64,000 nt of DNA from Raillietiella orientalis (Eukaryota), in contig JAYWIR010000035.1 of the NCBI GenBank assembly GCA_036172245.1, positions 1,426,001-1,490,000 on the forward strand. The letters run 5' to 3'. Position 1 is the first letter of the stretch; the number at the start of each line of letters is the position of its first letter. The position numbers were made by a program, and so were the translations under genes. This document shows positions 14,751 to 26,900 of the stretch, piece by piece. Under the pieces are notes generated by a model, which did not search any database, was not told where the DNA came from, and saw only the letters and a list, made by a program, of their open reading frames with translations.

Positions 14751-15729
14751 GAATTTCAGCAGGATGTTTCGATTTTTCCAGCACTCTTTTTTTTTTTGTT
14801 CGGTACCGCAATCACCGTGGGAACTTCCGGCCGAGCTCTGGAACTTGTTTTCGTACTTGGTCAGCACTCCCAGGACGCGTTAAGAACACCGGACCATTCG
14901 ACTTTCGAAAGTCACACCGAGCTACACGAGAGGGATTTAAGATCCGCCCCAAGAGTTGACCTTTTGGCAGCCCCAAGTAAGAACTTAAGCTAAAATGAAT
15001 GACAGAACACTGACGTTCTGCCAGCAGAGGAAGAGATTAATTTTCGGCGGAGGAATTTTTCACTGAGCTAAGCAACGTTCGCAGAATTGGTGAACAAGAA
15101 ACCATGCTTATTCTTGTAAAAACCATTCGAACACTGAACAAGCGCCATCGTCAGAGACGTGATATTTCCACCAATGGATACTGATGGAATCTTTTACCTC
15201 ATTTTCTCTTAAATTACGTATTTTGAATTTTTTTTTTTTTTTGTTTATGGTTTTCCATTCGTTTGATGCGGATTGTTCGAAACATCCAAGATTTCCTCAG
15301 TATCAGTCCGCTGTTCATTGGATTCCTTTGCTTATTATACTTCAGCAACTTATGAATAATAAAAGCATTGAGGAAATAACTGTGGCTTTCCTGGAATCTC
15401 CTCCTCCTCTACATGGCATCATTTGCTACTGAATCAGCATAATCGAACGCGTTTACTGGTCTCCATCTGTGATCTCCACGTGATTCAAATGGACAACAAC
15501 GTGGTTTTATTCGTGTTGCTTACATGAAACCAACTCTATGCTATTGCCCGAGGAGAATGGAACAAAAATCACTGAAACCTCCAACGAGTTCCTACAAATC
15601 GATATTTTGGTCATGCTGATGTTTTTCTCACGTGTGGGATTACTGCTTTTCATTTTCCTTTTTTTCATTAATTATTGGGACTGGTGACTGAGCAATGAGA
15701 CGGATTCTTCCGCAGTCACATTAAGGTTT

Positions 15730-17000
15730 CATCTCTCAATTTGTCGGACACGGACTTGGAAGACAGCTCATCATCAGAACTGATGATGACATTGATCCAG
15801 TGGATTGTTCCGTTGTGAAAGCAACCGATTCGGGTGACTTACAAAAAAGATCCACGTTACGCAATTTCCGCATCGTACAGGATGTAACGGGAGGATGCTC
15901 TGCACTTTCGCTCCCTTCAGTCGCAAAGTAAACAAGGGTAACCAAATGCTAACCCTCGCTGCTGTCACGGTCAGACAAAGCTCACTCTTCAGTTCACACA
16001 GCTATTCAGCAGCACTCTTGAGGTTACCAGCTTGCAAAATCCATCAAACCATCAGCAAGCTGCAAAGAATGGATGCAAAGGTTTTCCCTAGGAGTAGAGT
16101 AACGATCGCAACTGACCTTGCAGGTCACCCCCGTCGTCCTCTCCAGAGGAATTCTCCTCTGAACGGATCACCTTGGAATCCCGTTGGATGAATTGGGGAT
16201 CCCTGCGGTGTTCTCGGACAGCTCCATGCTTCCCCTCAAGTGACAGAACTCTGCGCTGCGACTCTTGCATTGGGCCATCCCATGCAACACACGCCTCCAC
16301 CACTGGACCAGGGGAAACGTGACCCCAGTCTGTGCCAGGTGCGGTGAAAGATGCACCTGCTTTCCGAATGCGTTGCCCTCCGTTGCGTATGGGTTCGACC
16401 ACGTCCCCCAACTTCCCAGAAGACCACTCGACGGCCTTATGCAGATTCCTCTTCATGCGTGGCGCCAGGTCGCCTGCCACAGCGATCTCAGTTTCGTGCT
16501 TCGTCTGTGAATCCTGGCGGCCAAAAGCCCTGAAGACAGAGGCAGGAAGACCATGGACACCACCTCCCTCAAATTCTTCTTCCTGAAGGTCGCGGTGAAA
16601 TGATCGCGCTTGAACCACAACCAGGAGCTCGCCGTCATCCTTGAGAGGATGCGAAGGACTCCAGGGAGAGCTCTGTGACCCCTTCCCTAGCCCCCAAAAC
16701 ATTCCGCAACTTTTTGTATGACTTTTGCTTGTTATCTCCTTCCCCTTGTTTCTCCCTACGTGGTCCGTTTCCGGTGATTGCTTCCCAGCAAGGACATCCT
16801 CAAAGACTTCCCGAATCAGCGGGATTGAATTCCCGCGACGGAGAAAAAACTTCATTTGGACCGTTTTCTTGTTAAAATGTGTTCTTTCACAATAAACGCC
16901 CTCTGCGTGATCGGGTGAAAAACCCTGCGGTCGAATGCGCTCCTTCAGGCTTCCTCGCCCGCACTCGGCCATTCGTTCGAAAGAACTTTGTGCCACTGAA
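15730..17000 (-). pseudogene. IR pseudogene (frameshifted; includes the 302-aa ORF 16088-16996)
   Basis: CGMFWGLGKG (S1), HPLKDDGELLVV..RDL; shifted frame gives M1 EVVSMVFLPLSSGLL, LWQATW, RPSSGLLGSW; then ASFTAP, LLLGKTFASI (cf. VL.GKYAFI), FATEGS..MRKLRNVDLFCK. Confidence 0.55.
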
Positions 17001-17449
17001 AGCTCTGTACAGGTGGTTGCGCTGCTTCTGCGCCATCATTTCGAAGTGTTCGGGCATTGGTCTACCAGAGCATGCCGAAAGCCTCACTGTGCCACCTAGT
17101 TTCAATGTCCTTCCTTCTCTGCGTTCTATATCCATGAAATGCACTCCCAAGAACAAGGCGGGTCGGTTGATGCAGCTGCTCAAAGTGCCAGGCAGTTGCC
17201 ACATCCCTGCTCGAACTTACTCTGGGACGTGACTTGCTCCCCGTCTTCGCATTGGCTCGTTTCGGAGCTCCTTTGATTTCATTGCTGCCTGCTGTCCCTT
17301 TTCACCCTCAGAGGTTTCTTTCTTGTGAATCCTAGAGCGTTTCCGTTAAATTCATCACTCCTAACTTTGGGATAAAGATGCGTTCGTTCCCAACTATATG
17401 CAAACGGTGCAGGGAGTTATTTCAATGAACACTTTGATGTCTGCAAGAC

Positions 17450-18800
17450 ATTCCTGCTCTTAGGACATGTAAACATATCGTCGAGGGTAGTTCACTTTTT
17501 TGCTCATGGCTTTCACGTCTTTTTTCTTTTTTTTTTTTGTGTCTTCACATGATTTGCACCTTCTGAGAATATTGTAGCCCAATCTCTGGAATGATAACCA
17601 TAGAATGATGCCTCTGGGAGGTCGTATTTCTTTGATTTCAGAGAGTCTATGCTCCTTGACAAAGACGTCGATTCGCTTCAACTTATAAAAGGCATTCTGC
17701 GCAGTATCTGTCGGAATGAAGATTCTCCTTAGCACCATCATGCAGTGGATTAGAGAGCAGAAGTTCCAAGCGAACTCTCTTGAAATTTTGCAGGAAAGAT
17801 CTGCTAGGCAGCTCTTAAAGAGGCACTGGGTTCCTACTCTATCGATTTTGGGGGGCATCGGTCTTTTATAACGGGTTAACCTAAAAATTCGATTCCTTCG
17901 TTCTGTTCATCGAATTCTGATCTCAAGTCTCGAGTATTTGGCTAAAAAGAAAAGAACACAGAGATCCGAAATAGAGAAAGTTTAGAGGAAGAGGGAACAA
18001 ACAAGACAACTTGGCAACAGACAAGGAGAGGTTTATCAGTTTTCAAGTACTTTCTGGAAACAACCAGTCACAAGAGCTAGTGAGGCAAACTCGAAAGAAC
18101 AGTCTAAAGAGCGATTTCACCATCTTAAGAAGGAAAAATCTTAATTAAGAGCATGTACAAATGCCGGAATTTGTTCCTTTTGTATCTGGAGTAATTAGCT
18201 GTTTCGCTGTAACACAATAATCACTTGAGGGCACCCAACGTACTTACTGTACACTATTACTGAAAAAAACAAGGAAACTGAGGCGAAATAGGCCGTCACT
18301 GACTCATGGTGGACACACAAGTACGGGCATAGACTTTGATGGTACGCATTTTGGTAGCCATAACGAAGCAGGCTAAAAACCCAGAACGCCCTATTTCGAA
18401 GATGGAAGATCCCTTCTCGAGTTTGCTTGTTTGGAGCTCAAGAAAAAGAATCACGGAATCAAGAACAACCGAACCCTTGAATGGAGACGTAATAGTGCTT
18501 CCAAAAAGTTATTCGGAAACAAAGGCTTACTGGTAATAAAAGAAAAGCGAATCCTAACCTTAAGCATGGACACGCACACAAGCGTACACAGTGGCATGCC
18601 ACCACGTCTGCAAAGCCTTTAATCCATCCAATGGAATGCAAAACACCTAAGTATAAAAGACGTTTTGTGTCTGGTTGCGCGTGGCTGTGCAGATATTATG
18701 ATAGGGTCTTTGGCCAGCTGGATACTTTCGTATTTGTTTCTGACATATATTAGGGATCTCAAATGTGTTCCTGTATGTTTAAGATATTTAAAGTTTTCTT
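17450..18800 (-). pseudogene. IR pseudogene
   Basis: SIGWIKGFADVVAC (cf. MIG.L.RGEADIA) in ORF 18459-18641; S2-end RIDVFVKEHRLSE..GIILW in ORF 17460-17858. Confidence 0.55.
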
Positions 18801-19314
18801 AAATATGTTGAAATTTCCTCTCGTCTTCCTTAATTATCTACTCTCTGATCTGCTATCTGCTTCCTTTCCTGATCTTTAAAATTTCACTATTAGATGCAAA
18901 TAAAGAGATTAGAGACATGGATGGAGATGCTAGCATCAGGTACACTGAAAACTGAGTGGTATCAGGAATCAAGAAGGGACGCCTTGATATCAAGGAATAT
19001 AAAAGGAGGGGAAGGGGAAGAGGAAGAAAAAAGATGATGAACAACATGTATCCAAGGAAGAAAAAGGGATGCTTATGTATGTTGAGCATACCAGAAGAGC
19101 ATCAAGAGTGCAAGACGGTTGCATTCTGCTCAAAGCAACAACAACAACACACACAAAAAGCACCTACCACTGGAGACATCAACCCGTTCCAAAATTTCTG
19201 GGATGCAAAGAGTGAAGAATTTCGAGCAACTTCAGCTTGCCTTCTCAGGGATGTCCGCTTCCAGGAAAGTCGACATCCTCGAGATAGAAATGATTCCCGA
19301 GAAAATACCGATAA

Positions 19315-19768
19315 TTTAGACCGTCACGAGACATGTTAGTTTAAAATCCCACTGATGAATGGTCGTTGCGATGGAAACATCCTGCTCAGTGCGAGAGGAG
19401 CCGCAGGATCGGACATTGGGTACACGTTCCTGGTCGAAAAGCCAGCGGAGTGAAGCTACCATCCTCCAGATTGTGCCTGAACGCCTCTAAGGCAGAATCC
19501 GTCCTAGTGAGAGCAGCGATACCGTCTCACCCCAGGCATCGGGTGGGCAGGTGAGGCGCTTTGGGACGTTTCTTCCGTTCTCCAGGGGCGGGTCCCGTCG
19601 CCGCCGTCAAGTTTCGGCAACCGAAAACCTGGTGCCTTTTCGGGCAGCGCGCGGCGCTCTGTCAAATAGCCTGTAGACAACTTACGTACCGACTAGAGTG
19701 TTGTACTTAGTAGGGCAGCCACCACACCGTGCTCTATAGAGGCAAAGCCTTCTGGTCGAGGATGCGTG
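19315..19768 (+). pseudogene. Retroposed, degenerate copy of the 3'-terminal ~450 nt of 28S (LSU) rRNA, followed by an A-rich tail
   Basis: Matches conserved LSU 3' motifs in order: TTTAGACCGTC-GAGACA-GTTAGTTT; CCTGCTCAGT(g)CGAGAGGA(g)CCGCAGG (sarcin-ricin loop with 2 substitutions); GAAGCTACCATC...GCCTGAACGCCTCTAAG-CAGAATCC; then AAAT...GTAGAC-ACTT...GTAG-GCAGC...CTAT-GA...AGCCTT (3' terminus). An A-run starts at 19769. No other rDNA flanks it. Confidence 0.88.
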
Positions 19769-20299
19769 AAAAAAAAAGAAAACGAAAATAATTTGGAGAG
19801 CAGGGACATTAGAAGCACAGGGCAGTCACTTCGACAGATTAAGCTACATCATCCCTCGACAAACCTTTCCTTTTTGTTTATCATCCTGCTCCATAGACCA
19901 TCCTATGTATGGTACGTACCCACACAGGCATAAGACCACCCCTATTGCCTATCTTCCTCCATGACTGGCAAATGGGGGACCCGTCCAGTTCGAGATCGTT
20001 GCAACCCCGACAGTTGTCACGTCTCGGAATCGTGCCTGTTCTTGCCTGTCTTCTTGCTATCGGAAGGTCTGCCGGCAAACGCCACTCTTCTACGGCTTGA
20101 AAGTCAGTTGGAATGACTCCAAAAATGACCGTGCTCTTTCCCGACTTGGTTCTTTTCGTTATGGAAAACTGTGATTATTCTGGTATCTCGTCGGCACCCA
20201 AGACAGTTCTGGAACAATGTTCCGACTGCACTTGAGTTTTTTCCCCCCTCATCCTCAACCTTCCTCCTTTGTGTTTGCATGCCATTTGCAATTCCATCC

Positions 20300-21800
20300 G
20301 CAGTTTGTGACTTTCCCAGAACCTAAAGGCAGGAGGAGGCGACTCGTTTTCGAGTCGGTGTCGCCTTTCTCCAAAAAACCAAAAAAAAGGCATCAGGAAA
20401 CTCATCTACCTACCATTTTTTGGTCTCAAACATCATCCCTCCCCCCTGAATTTTCCAACCCTCTCTCTTGGTTTGGAGAAAAAAGAGGAGAGGAGAGGAG
20501 GGGAGAGGAAAGGAAAAAAGAGAAGGCATCAGGAAGAGAAAGGGAAGAGAAGAGCCAGCCTTAGTGTTCCTACATCTTCCCCCTTTTCTGAGGTGAAACC
20601 TTGCAGTACTCCTGTGTAACCTCGAAGAGCTCGTAAAGAACCATCATCTCCAGTACTCCGGCTCCTATTCTCGTCTTGACCACCTCACGGTTCTAGACCT
20701 CGAAAGCAGAGGGGAGGGACGGCGAGCTGCTTCCCTCTCGAAGGGTGGGGGTCGCACCAGGAAGGGAAACGTCGTCGCAAACGAAACCTGTGTCCTCGCA
20801 TAATGAAAGATGTGCATTTCTCAGCTCACGTTACTTAATACGTAATGTGCATTTCGAACGCTGGAGTCTGTTGCTCAATCGATACGCCAGGAGTAATTAC
20901 ACAGTAAACAGTTGATATGTAAGCAGTTTATGTTAATTTCCTCAAGGTCGCAGTGAGGTTATCCTCAGGAGATGATCTACGGTGTCACCACGGAGAACAG
21001 TTAGGTAAGAGATTGCGGTGCGGTTATCTTTTGCTAAGTGAGTGTGCAGTCCCAGTTGAAAGGCAATGAGTTTTTTTTCTTCGGAAAATGTGAAGGCTGT
21101 GAAACATCGAGCGAAATCAAACCACGAGTGTTTACTCCGAGGAAAGCTCAGGATCACACGGAGCGATAGAGTCTTTCATTCATTGCAAGTTATACCGATG
21201 GAATGGAACTATTTCATCATAACGTGCCTGCTTTCAGGAGAGATAATGAGGTCTTTGCATTTAAAAACGGTTCCTCACTTATATATATGTGTACACACAA
21301 ACACACACACATATATAGATATATAGGTGTAGTTTTTGGTGTACTTTATGAGTTCTGACGGGGATGCTATTAAAGATCGACTGCACGAGACTCAAGCATG
21401 AAAGGCATTATCACTTTAATCTTTTTGGTACGTACTTGTTAACACAGATATGAGATTCTAGTTTGTAAAGTGTGCTTCCGGAATTTCCGATTAAACGCAT
21501 TAGTCACCAAATGATAAATTTCTACTTCAGGCTGCTTTTACAGTGCTTCAGTCCCAGACTTTGCATTTTCGTGAAGCTCTTCTCCAGCACCAGCCTTTAG
21601 GAAGTGACGACCAAAAAGCAGGAGACGCTAGTTCTACGAAGTGCTCAAGAGTTGAACCTACTGTTGATCTGCATGGCGTGGAACAATTCTGTTACGAGAA
21701 CTGCGTGTTGGCAACTATGGAATTCTGTCCCGAGAGTTATTGCCGTTGTCTGGAATGGGAACAGCCGGAATGAAAGGCAATCTTCTGGAAGATCATGGGG
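20300..21800 (-). pseudogene. IR pseudogene
   Basis: KVIMPFMLE (pre-M1), AISYLTVLRGDTVD (cf. LISYLTVP..IDT), REGS..NREVVKTRIGAGVL (S2 end). Confidence 0.5.
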
Positions 21801-22049
21801 CTCTGCTTAGGCCTTGGAAGGGAAAAATAAAGTGAAATGGAATTTAGATTTTTGTCCATTACGATTGCAGTTTTTTTTTCAAACTCAACCAAAGGACGCT
21901 ATTTTGCTCCGTATTTGTGATGCCACTGAGGACATCGTAAACCATCAGTCACTGATGAGCAATGGAATTTTTTTTCTTTTTCGGAAACCTTGAACAAACC
22001 ACGTAACTTAAAGGGAGGAGTTGAGGAGCTGAAAAAGAGAATCCAATTC

Positions 22050-23850
22050 ACGAATTTCATCCCACAAGTTCGAGTCCATCAGTTCATGCGTCGCTGCAGA
22101 ATGAGTGTTTCACGTGGAAGAAAATGTTCCGAAAGTTCTTATTGTTCGATTCCTCATGCTGAATACCTCTGGATTGATGAGAGACGTGCAATTTAAGCAT
22201 CTCTCGTAGAAACGAAAACGCTTGATTGTCATTTGCCTGACAGCACGAGGCTTGGCGAAACCATGGGCACACAAAAATCTCACGTGGATCCTAAGTCGGA
22301 AAGAGCAGTTTTCTAGAAACAGATTTCGTGGAAGCGTGTTGGATCGTGAGCTCTCCTGCTTGCATCTCCATCGCAGAATTTTCGAGTCATCAAGAATGCA
22401 TCCAGATGCATTGCAGCCCCCATCCGATATTCCATCGTCCCTTGGTCTTTCAATGAATTATTCTTCTTCCTGTCATTAAAAAATTCGCAGTTGCGCAATC
22501 TAGACTGCTCAGTTTGGATGCAAGCGTGACCATCTAAAAAACACTTATTTTACGAGGCGCATCTCAAAGGTAAGGGCGGATCGGATGTAAAGAAAGAACC
22601 AATAAGAGGAAGAAAAATGTATGAGTGGTCCGAAACACACACATCTCCATGTCAATTTTCTACACGGTCACCATTTTTTCTCCCCCAAACACTTTTGATG
22701 CCGTGGAAGAAGCTGCTTGAAACCGTCTGCATGAAAGTCCGCCTCCTGGGAGGTCAGTCAGCTCAGCACTGCAGTTTTCCACTCCTCGCCTCACCCCTCG
22801 AATCGTTGAGCCACTTCTTGAGATGCAGGAAGACGTGGTAGTCACTGGACAGGACTGTAAGGTGATCAAAAGTTTCCCATCCGAATTTCCGAACTGTCTG
22901 GAATGTGCGGACAGCAGTGTGTGGGACCAAAAGGATGTGCTTTTGGTGGACTTCATGGAGCCTGGAACAACCGTCAGTAATTGGAAAACTAAATTGGAAA
23001 GATAATAATGAGATTGAGCAGTTTTCCAATTATATCGAATTTTCCAAGAGAAATTTTGCACCTCCCTCTAGTCGTATGTTTGTCCCATCGCCTCCGCTTG
23101 TACCATGGTCCATGAAATTATCAGATTCCCCCACGATCCACCTTCAAGATATCCAGAGAAAAAGTGCTGCACATTGCTACTGCAGTATCTTTGTTTTTTT
23201 CTTTTTCTTTTCTTTTTCATTTAGATAGAACAAACTTGTTTGCCAGCTGAGATGCTGCATGTGATCTGATGCTCGGCAGGTTACGAGATTTCGAAAAAGC
23301 GGTCAGTGTGGATCCAACTCGCACGAAGGCAGCCCTTCCTACGGAGACTGCCCGCTCGGACCCACTTGCGATAGCCAATCGAGGAATGAGCTCGACGAAG
23401 GGTGTACGACGCAGCACCCGTCAACATTAGTAGCCCTGTATTACTCAAGCCAGTTTGTGTGCAGGCGCATAATAAAACACGAACCGTAAAGGTATTCAAA
23501 CGCAAAAGCTGATAATTCGAAAGAGTGTGATCCATTACGTGGATCTCTCTCCTCCCAGCTCTGACTTCAAGAGAGCCGTTTTATCTGTAAACAAAATCTG
23601 CCTGGATGATGGCTCCTCAAAAAGAACTTGATGATCGCAACCTACATGATATGGAAATACTGAATGTCTCTTCTTCGATTCCGATGTTCCCGATCCATAT
23701 GGATGCATCTTCTCGATTCTTGTTGTGTATCATTATCGGATGTCTTAATGGACTTTCTTTTCTCTCTCTTTTTTTGTCCCGCAAATGGTTGAAATGCAAT
23801 CACCTTCTGGCGAGCGCCTTCCACTCCCGCCTGCCGTTCCCCACCTGAAT
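22050..23850 (-). pseudogene. IR pseudogene disrupted by the mariner relic
   Basis: EDASIWIGNIGIEEE (cf. EADIAIG.I.ITEER), LLRLNTFTVRVLLC, GSTLTAF..LPSIRS..LA; beyond the mariner FRQASCCQANDNQAFSFLRE (S2 end). Confidence 0.6.
22551..22985 (-). mobile_element. Rearranged mariner (Tc1/mariner) transposon relic
   Basis: TIR-like tacgaggcgcatctcaaaggtaaggg at 22551. Minus strand: KFGWETFDH...SDYHVFLHLKKWL and NGDRVEN* (mariner C-terminus). Plus strand 22919-22981: VWDQKDVLLVDFMEPGTTVS (mariner VFWD.KGVLLVDF motif). Confidence 0.8.
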
Positions 23851-25488
23851 TGCTTCGGAGTGCACAGAAGGAATCGCTCCCTGTTCTTCTTACTTATCTA
23901 CAACACTCAAATGAACCCACTGTAAATAGAATTGGTTCCGTAGGTCAGAAAATAGCGTTCACTCAGTTACCAGTTTCCCTGCTTTGGGTTGCCAAAATAA
24001 CGAAAACTAGGATTGCTTTCCTTACTGATGTTGGATCATTTATTGATGCCGAAGATAATTTTGGGATTATGTCTGAATAATGGCTATTAATGTACTTAGC
24101 AATCTATCGAATGGAGTTCATATTTTAGGGGGAAAAATGCGTATTTAAGCTTTTTCTAAAGGTATTTATTATAATTGGGCCAACGAATAATCATAAACGA
24201 ATAATCATTGGCCATAGCCAATGATTATTCGTATAATGCATTTACATTCCTGTTTGTCAACTTCAAAAATGTAAGTGCTATGTTTTTTTTTTTCGTATGT
24301 GTGCGTGTGTATCAGCTCCATTAAATAGCAGCTTGGAAATGCAAGAGAAACGGAAAATGGAGCAATGCATGAAACAAATCGATCTATTGAACTTCCTTCA
24401 TTCCATGGTTCCAGAGATCTTCTTTAACCCTTTTGTTTACGGAAATATTCCATACGTGTTTTGCACTTTCAATAGCATACAGCACATCCCTTTTTGATTG
24501 TTTTTTGTTGCTGTTGTTAAATAAGAGGATCGTAATCAGTGACCGTGAACATCCTTTGCTGCGATTGCTGTTTCGCACAGCTTTGGTCAACACGGCTTTG
24601 GTTTTCCGCCGCCCACTCCATAAAGATTCGAAAGTCCCCCACTCCCTGTTTACGTGGAACCGAAAAGCTCCGCTATGATGTTCGGCCTTCTTTCCCAGAT
24701 TCTCGTAGATCAGGAAGCTGGGAGACGTCCTTTCTGCTTTCACTTTTCTCGGCACACACTTCTGCTGCAATCTCTGCTAAACTGCTAAAACCTCACGCTA
24801 CATTCCAGCCTCCTTGCAGTTCTTCGTTTTCTTCTATGCTCGTTGAAACTGCTGCGGAAGTGTGGGGGGGTGTTCTTCCGAAAGAGCCGTAAGCGTAACG
24901 TACATCGAGATGTAAGAATGCCCGGGTAGCATGCGAGGGTTCCTGTGCAGCCGATGGATCTCGCACGCTTCTCAAAGACTGAAGGACACGTTCGTTTCTC
25001 TCAGAGGACAGACATCCGCACTCCACACCGTGTCCCAGCTCTGTCAACGGGTAAGCGGCAAAGAACGAGATGAAAAAGGGGGGAGTGAGATTGTGGAAGG
25101 GTGGAAGGAGCGGCACGAATTGCGAGGGACCTCTGGTAAAGTTGTTGGCACGGCACGGCAGCACGTAGTGGATGATTGCGGGATGGTAAACCAGAGCGCA
25201 GTGAGCTTTAATTATTTGACAGGGGTGAATAAATGCAAGAATGCCGACCTATCCCAAAACTGGGAGCTCCTCTGCATTGCACTTTAATTAGCGGCGGATA
25301 ATTCAGCTCACGTCATCCTGAGCACAATTTCGCTCCCGGAAAGCTTCGTTGAACGAACCCGGCTCGCCGGCTTCGTTCTTCTTTGGAGCCGCGTGCTCAC
25401 AGTCTAATTCTTCTCATTAGATAGGACCCCAATTCTGCTCAAGGAACTTCCGTTAAAGTCTCAGCTTCGTTCTGCAGATGACGTTTTC

Positions 25489-25560
25489 GGCCCTCGTCGG
25501 TGGTCGTGGCACCAAGCTTTGAGGGTTCGAATCCCCACATGGATCATCACCCGGGTACTC
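25489..25560 (+). repeat. Possible tRNA-derived SINE head remnant
   Basis: B-box GGTTCGAATCC at 25524-25534 with only a weak A-box-like sequence upstream; no cloverleaf. Confidence 0.25.
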
Positions 25561-25639
25561 CAGGGAGTTCCTCTCATGTAAAAAAATAAATATTTACAAT
25601 CCCTGGGGTTCGACCGTTAATTCAATCACGTCCTTTTCA

Positions 25640-26900
25640 GAATAAACCTGCCGTGTTACCGGTGAGCAGACCGGTGATGTCCTCCACGGCAACAGAGGGG
25701 AGGGGATAAACAAAAAAGAAATAAAATAAAAATAAATAAATAAATTTGGGTGGGGAAGGGTGAGGACGGGAAGGGACTACGTTTTTCTAGGGGGCGGTCC
25801 TCTGCATTCTTTGGAGGATGCCCGGCAAGGTTTTGCTGGATGTTACTGTCCAGATGGGGACATGTCGTTGCCATCCTCATGAAGCGGACGGCAAAGTGGA
25901 TGTAGCGTCCCTGTCGCTTTGTCTTCCTCTTGCGTCGCTGCAGGCAGCGACAATCCCGCGCAGGCAGCAGAGGGCTGCTAGCAAGGCTGCCGGCCGAAGG
26001 GCATGGCGTAGGAGGAGGGGTCGTAAAGCGTCCCTGGAGTTCCCTAGGATCGCAGCAAAGCGTTCTTAGAAGAGCCGGAGGGCAACTAGCAGGTGTGGGG
26101 GGGATTCGCGCTCCACGCACCTGCCACAGTTCGGGTTCACCCCTCATCCCCTCCCCCGTGTCGAGTGATGCCTACAGGCGTTGCACGAGAGACCCCGATG
26201 CAGTAGCATCAACGCCGACTGCTGACACTTTAAAGGGAGGGTGCGGGTATCCAAGAGCACTGGAGGTCCACGAGAACGGGAGGTGCATCGTTGCTATAGG
26301 CTTTGCCCACACCCTTTAACCCCCTCCCTTCCCCGCAGGATGACACTGGTCGCCCTATGGGTTTCTGACGGGGCGGCACCGGTGGAAGCCGGAAACCCCC
26401 CGGACGCCACTGCTGACTGGCCGGGATTGGAAGTTGACCCTCCGGGGTGTCCTTCCAGGAATCGAGGAGTCCTTCGAGGCTTTCATCCGTTTGATCTAGT
26501 TGATACTCCCCTCGAGGGAAGTCGCCTCTCCAGAGTGCGAGAAGCGCTCTTTTCCCTTCGGGGAAGCGTCTTCTAGAGAAATCGGAAAGCATCCCTTTGG
26601 GGTTCATCTTCAGGAGAGGGAACCAAGAGCGGTTCCCTTGCAGATCATCTCAGGAGCAGATCATCCTTTCCAGGGGGTCCCTTCGGAGAAGAAACGAGGA
26701 GTGACCGGAGAGGATAAGGAAGAGGTAGTTCCCTTTGTGATTCCCTCCCCATACATAAGAGGAACATACTCCTTCCTCCGGACTCTTCCTGGATTCATGG
26801 GGTGATCCCTACGAGGTTGCCTTCCGAATTGAAGAGTTACACACACCCTCGGATGCTGCGGACAGTGTTCTGGTTTGTGGGAAGCTTTCCTAAAATCCCA
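25640..26900 (-). mobile_element. Second, longer relic of the same L1/Tx1-like LINE family
   Basis: Same-orientation similarity to 48170-48800 (e.g. gtcctctgcat-ctt...aggatgcc; ccagatgggg-cat; atcctcatgaag-ggac-gcaaagtggatg--gcgtccctgtc). Minus frame VNPNCGRCVERE matches VSPNCCRCGERE; a GGFRLP motif upstream resembles L1 ORF2 GGLGLP. Confidence 0.7.
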
